Shown here: positions 61,617 through 64,000 of the stretch, in pieces
Layout: the number at the start of each line of letters is the position of its first letter
Numbering within the stretch: the stretch's first letter is position 1
Source of the DNA: Bacteroidia bacterium
GTDB taxonomy: Bacteria; Bacteroidota; Bacteroidia; Palsa-965
Direction of reading: 5' to 3'
Length of the DNA: 64,000 nucleotides
Assembly (NCBI GenBank): GCA_039918435.1
Contig: JBDSHN010000057.1
Coordinates: forward strand, 7,244-71,243
Notes under the pieces: generated by a model
Seen by the model: the letters and a program-made list of their open reading frames with translations, nothing else
What the model was told of the DNA's origin: nothing
Database searches by the model: none
Program-made: the position numbers and the translations under genes

Positions 61617-64000
61617 ATGAAAACTAAAATTGTAATAACCCTGATTATTAGTACTGTTTTATTAAGTAGTTTTTTGCTTACTAACCAAACGAACGCTGTA
61701 ATCTCCCCCCCACCATCACAAGATCAATATATTCAAGACCCTCCATTTGCTACCAGGTATTGGATAAAACGGCTTTCTACGGCGTTGCCAACCGGTGAAA
61801 ATATAATTTTTCGTGTTCAATATATAAGTGACGGTGCACTTCCGGGCACTATCACTATTTATAAAAACGGGATTGCGAACCTGATTTTAAAGGATGACGG
61901 TACAGCCCCTGATCTGGTGAGCGGGGATAAAATTTTTGCCGTATATATGAAGGAAAATATTACCCAAATGATTTCCAGAATTGAAACACTGGAAGCAGCT
62001 CTTGCAACTAAACAACAATTCTTGGATTTCACAGGTCATAATGGACAATTTATTCAATATTCATCTATTGTAAAATTTAACAAACCTTCCTTCAATGCGT
62101 TTACTGAAACAGAGCTCAGTATTTACCTGATAAATGCCATAGATTGTTCCACTACAGATTTAGTAAAGGAAAAGTCATTGTTTATTACTGATCTTTCAAT
62201 AGTAGAAGATCAACAACGAACCTATAATGTCGCGACTGGAGTGGGAAACGCAAGTGGTGCGTGAACCTTTGGAACTCTAATGAACAATATCGAAAACAAT
62301 ACACATACCGATGGCGTTCGGGGCTTTCTTAAAGAATGGGTTAAGCAATGGGTTACCACACAAACTGTAAACACCTATTCAATAGCTCCACGAGTTTTTG
62401 CCATGGATAATTTAATTCGACCATGGCTACGAAAAGCAAATAATAATGCAAATTTGACAGTTGATCTCAGTAATTGGGAAGGCATATGGAACGGCACGAC
62501 AGAAAGTGCGCTACAAAATAATGCGCCATTCAAGTTAACTGCTATTGTAAACAGAATTGATCTCCGTGGAAACGCAGCATATACACCCTCTATTTCTAAT
62601 GCGGGAGAAACCCGTTTTATTTTTACATTGATTAACCCTTACACCGGTATAATTCCAATTAACCCTAATCAAACGGCTTCAATGGAACAAAATGGCGTAG
62701 GGTTTGTTGACTGGCGCGGTATGAATGTTATTTTCGAATATGGGAATCCACAAACCACACTATGCCTTCTAAAAACGTTTGCGCAACAATGGCTAAATTT
62801 ATCTGACGTTTCATACAGTTTCGGAACAGCAGCATCTAACAATTCTTATAAGGATGCTTTGCAATTAATCACTGACCAAGTTACGAACGCAAATTCTGTT
62901 CCGTCTAAGACTAATGGCAGTGCTATTAATCGTATACGCACAAATGAAAAAGCTTTTGCAACCTTTGGAACGAATCCTAATGCACACGTAAACTGGGAAC
63001 TACAAGATTGGGAATTCAGGCAATTCGAATTAGGTGCGACTACCCATAAGTTGGCAATGGCACCTCTTACTAATAACCCGCCACATACAGCAAATTATGC
63101 CCCAAACATATTAGAAGATTATACAAGCACTTCACAGACGGTTACCAATAATAATATATTTAATTGGATCTTTAGTGGCCATAAATTTCAAGTTCTGCAT
63201 GGTAACTTTAACCTTCCAACAAATTTACTTTCAGGTTCAGGAATAGTAAGAAGAGAGGAAACACAGTTTTTTGGATTTTTGCCAAATGATTTTGCAACTG
63301 CTGGTGGATATAATCCCGCAATTCTTTCGTCCGAAGCCAAGGCCATCAGACAACAGTTGTCATTGAATACATGTTCAGGGTGCCACGCAGGTGAAACTAA
63401 AACAGTATTTACTCATGTGAATCCGGTTGCCTATGCGGAGCCTGCTAAGTATTGGTTATCATCAGTTGATGGTGCAACCAATATTACGCAGGATGATAAT
63501 CTTTATCCATCGGGAAATATCAGTGACCCTTTGCAAGCAGGCGGAAAAAATATTGGTGAAACATATGACGGCTTTTTAGCTAGTTACGTTATCAATTTTG
63601 AAACTAATAAAGAGATGCGGATCTATGATGCTGCGTCACAGTCTTATTATTACCGCAATCATTTTCAATCCGTATCGCCATTCTTAACCGGAAGAAGATA
63701 TGAGATTTTAAACAGCACGCTTACAGGATATCCAAATTGGCAGGATGATGAACCGGATGATGGGAATGCAACGCAGGCTAATCATGAAGAACCAGATAAT
63801 ACTATGCTTGGGTTATTTTATGTTAATGATCCATCAAATGACGCTAATACTACGTTTCCATTTTTGCAAGAACAGAAATGGGGCTTTAATGATTTACAAC
63901 GAAGGCACGATGATCTGTGCCAATTACTGAATGCAAACTGTGATGGAACAACACCACAAAGTATCCTAAATCTAATGATCCTAACTCAAATGAATCCCTT
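61617..64000 (+). pseudogene. Secreted protein (choice-of-anchor X-like motif, one CxxCH) interrupted by a single in-frame TGA at 62262-62264; pseudogene, read-through gene or base-call error; 3' end beyond window
   Basis: Signal peptide, LKDDGTAPDLVSGDKIF; ...GNASGA*TFGTLM...; the same frame stays open 62265-64000 with APFKLTAIVNRIDLR, GETRFIF, VIFEYG, RIRTNE, WEFRQF, LNTCSGCH. Confidence 0.75.

Noticed and set aside
62262-62330. Selenocysteine codon or genome-wide UGA reassignment
   Set aside because: No convincing SECIS hairpin follows and the context suggests Trp rather than Cys. TGA ends ordinary genes here (hddA, sprT-like, histidine kinase), rpoBC are uninterrupted, and tRNA-Trp has anticodon CCA.
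63745-63930. 61-aa Met-rich ORF
   Set aside because: Alternate frame inside the long open frame 62265-64000.

Overview
Bacteroidota chromosomal segment (TAnnTTTG/TTTG promoters, mostly SD-less A-rich starts, T9SS cargo, bS21 with Tyr54), standard genetic code. Left third is the core minus-strand cluster rpsU-xerC-hpf-tRNA(Thr,Tyr,Gly,Thr)-tuf-tRNA(Trp)-secE-nusG-rplKAJL-rpoBC. It is followed by a DUF4157 (eCIS-associated) protein of at least 760 aa that runs off the window and is absent from the ORF track. The middle holds GDP-heptose genes, an S8 protease, housekeeping and transport genes, a LytS/LytTR pair, and a SpoIIM-DUF4129-DUF4350-MoxR-DUF58 operon continuing into GT-C/MBOAT/SGNH genes. 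The right end has an AT-rich HipA-like kinase + HIRAN pair, rne/rng, an unannotated 29-aa bS22-like gene, HU, mutY, ssb, and a secreted CxxCH protein whose frame is broken by one in-frame TGA. Most notable: the in-frame TGA gene, the kinase-HIRAN islet, the DUF4157 protein, tandem tRNA-Gly 5' fragments carrying an 18-bp palindrome, a lone AGGAGG SD on hpf, and several short-period repeat families bracketing genes. All family calls are from motif recognition, not database searches.
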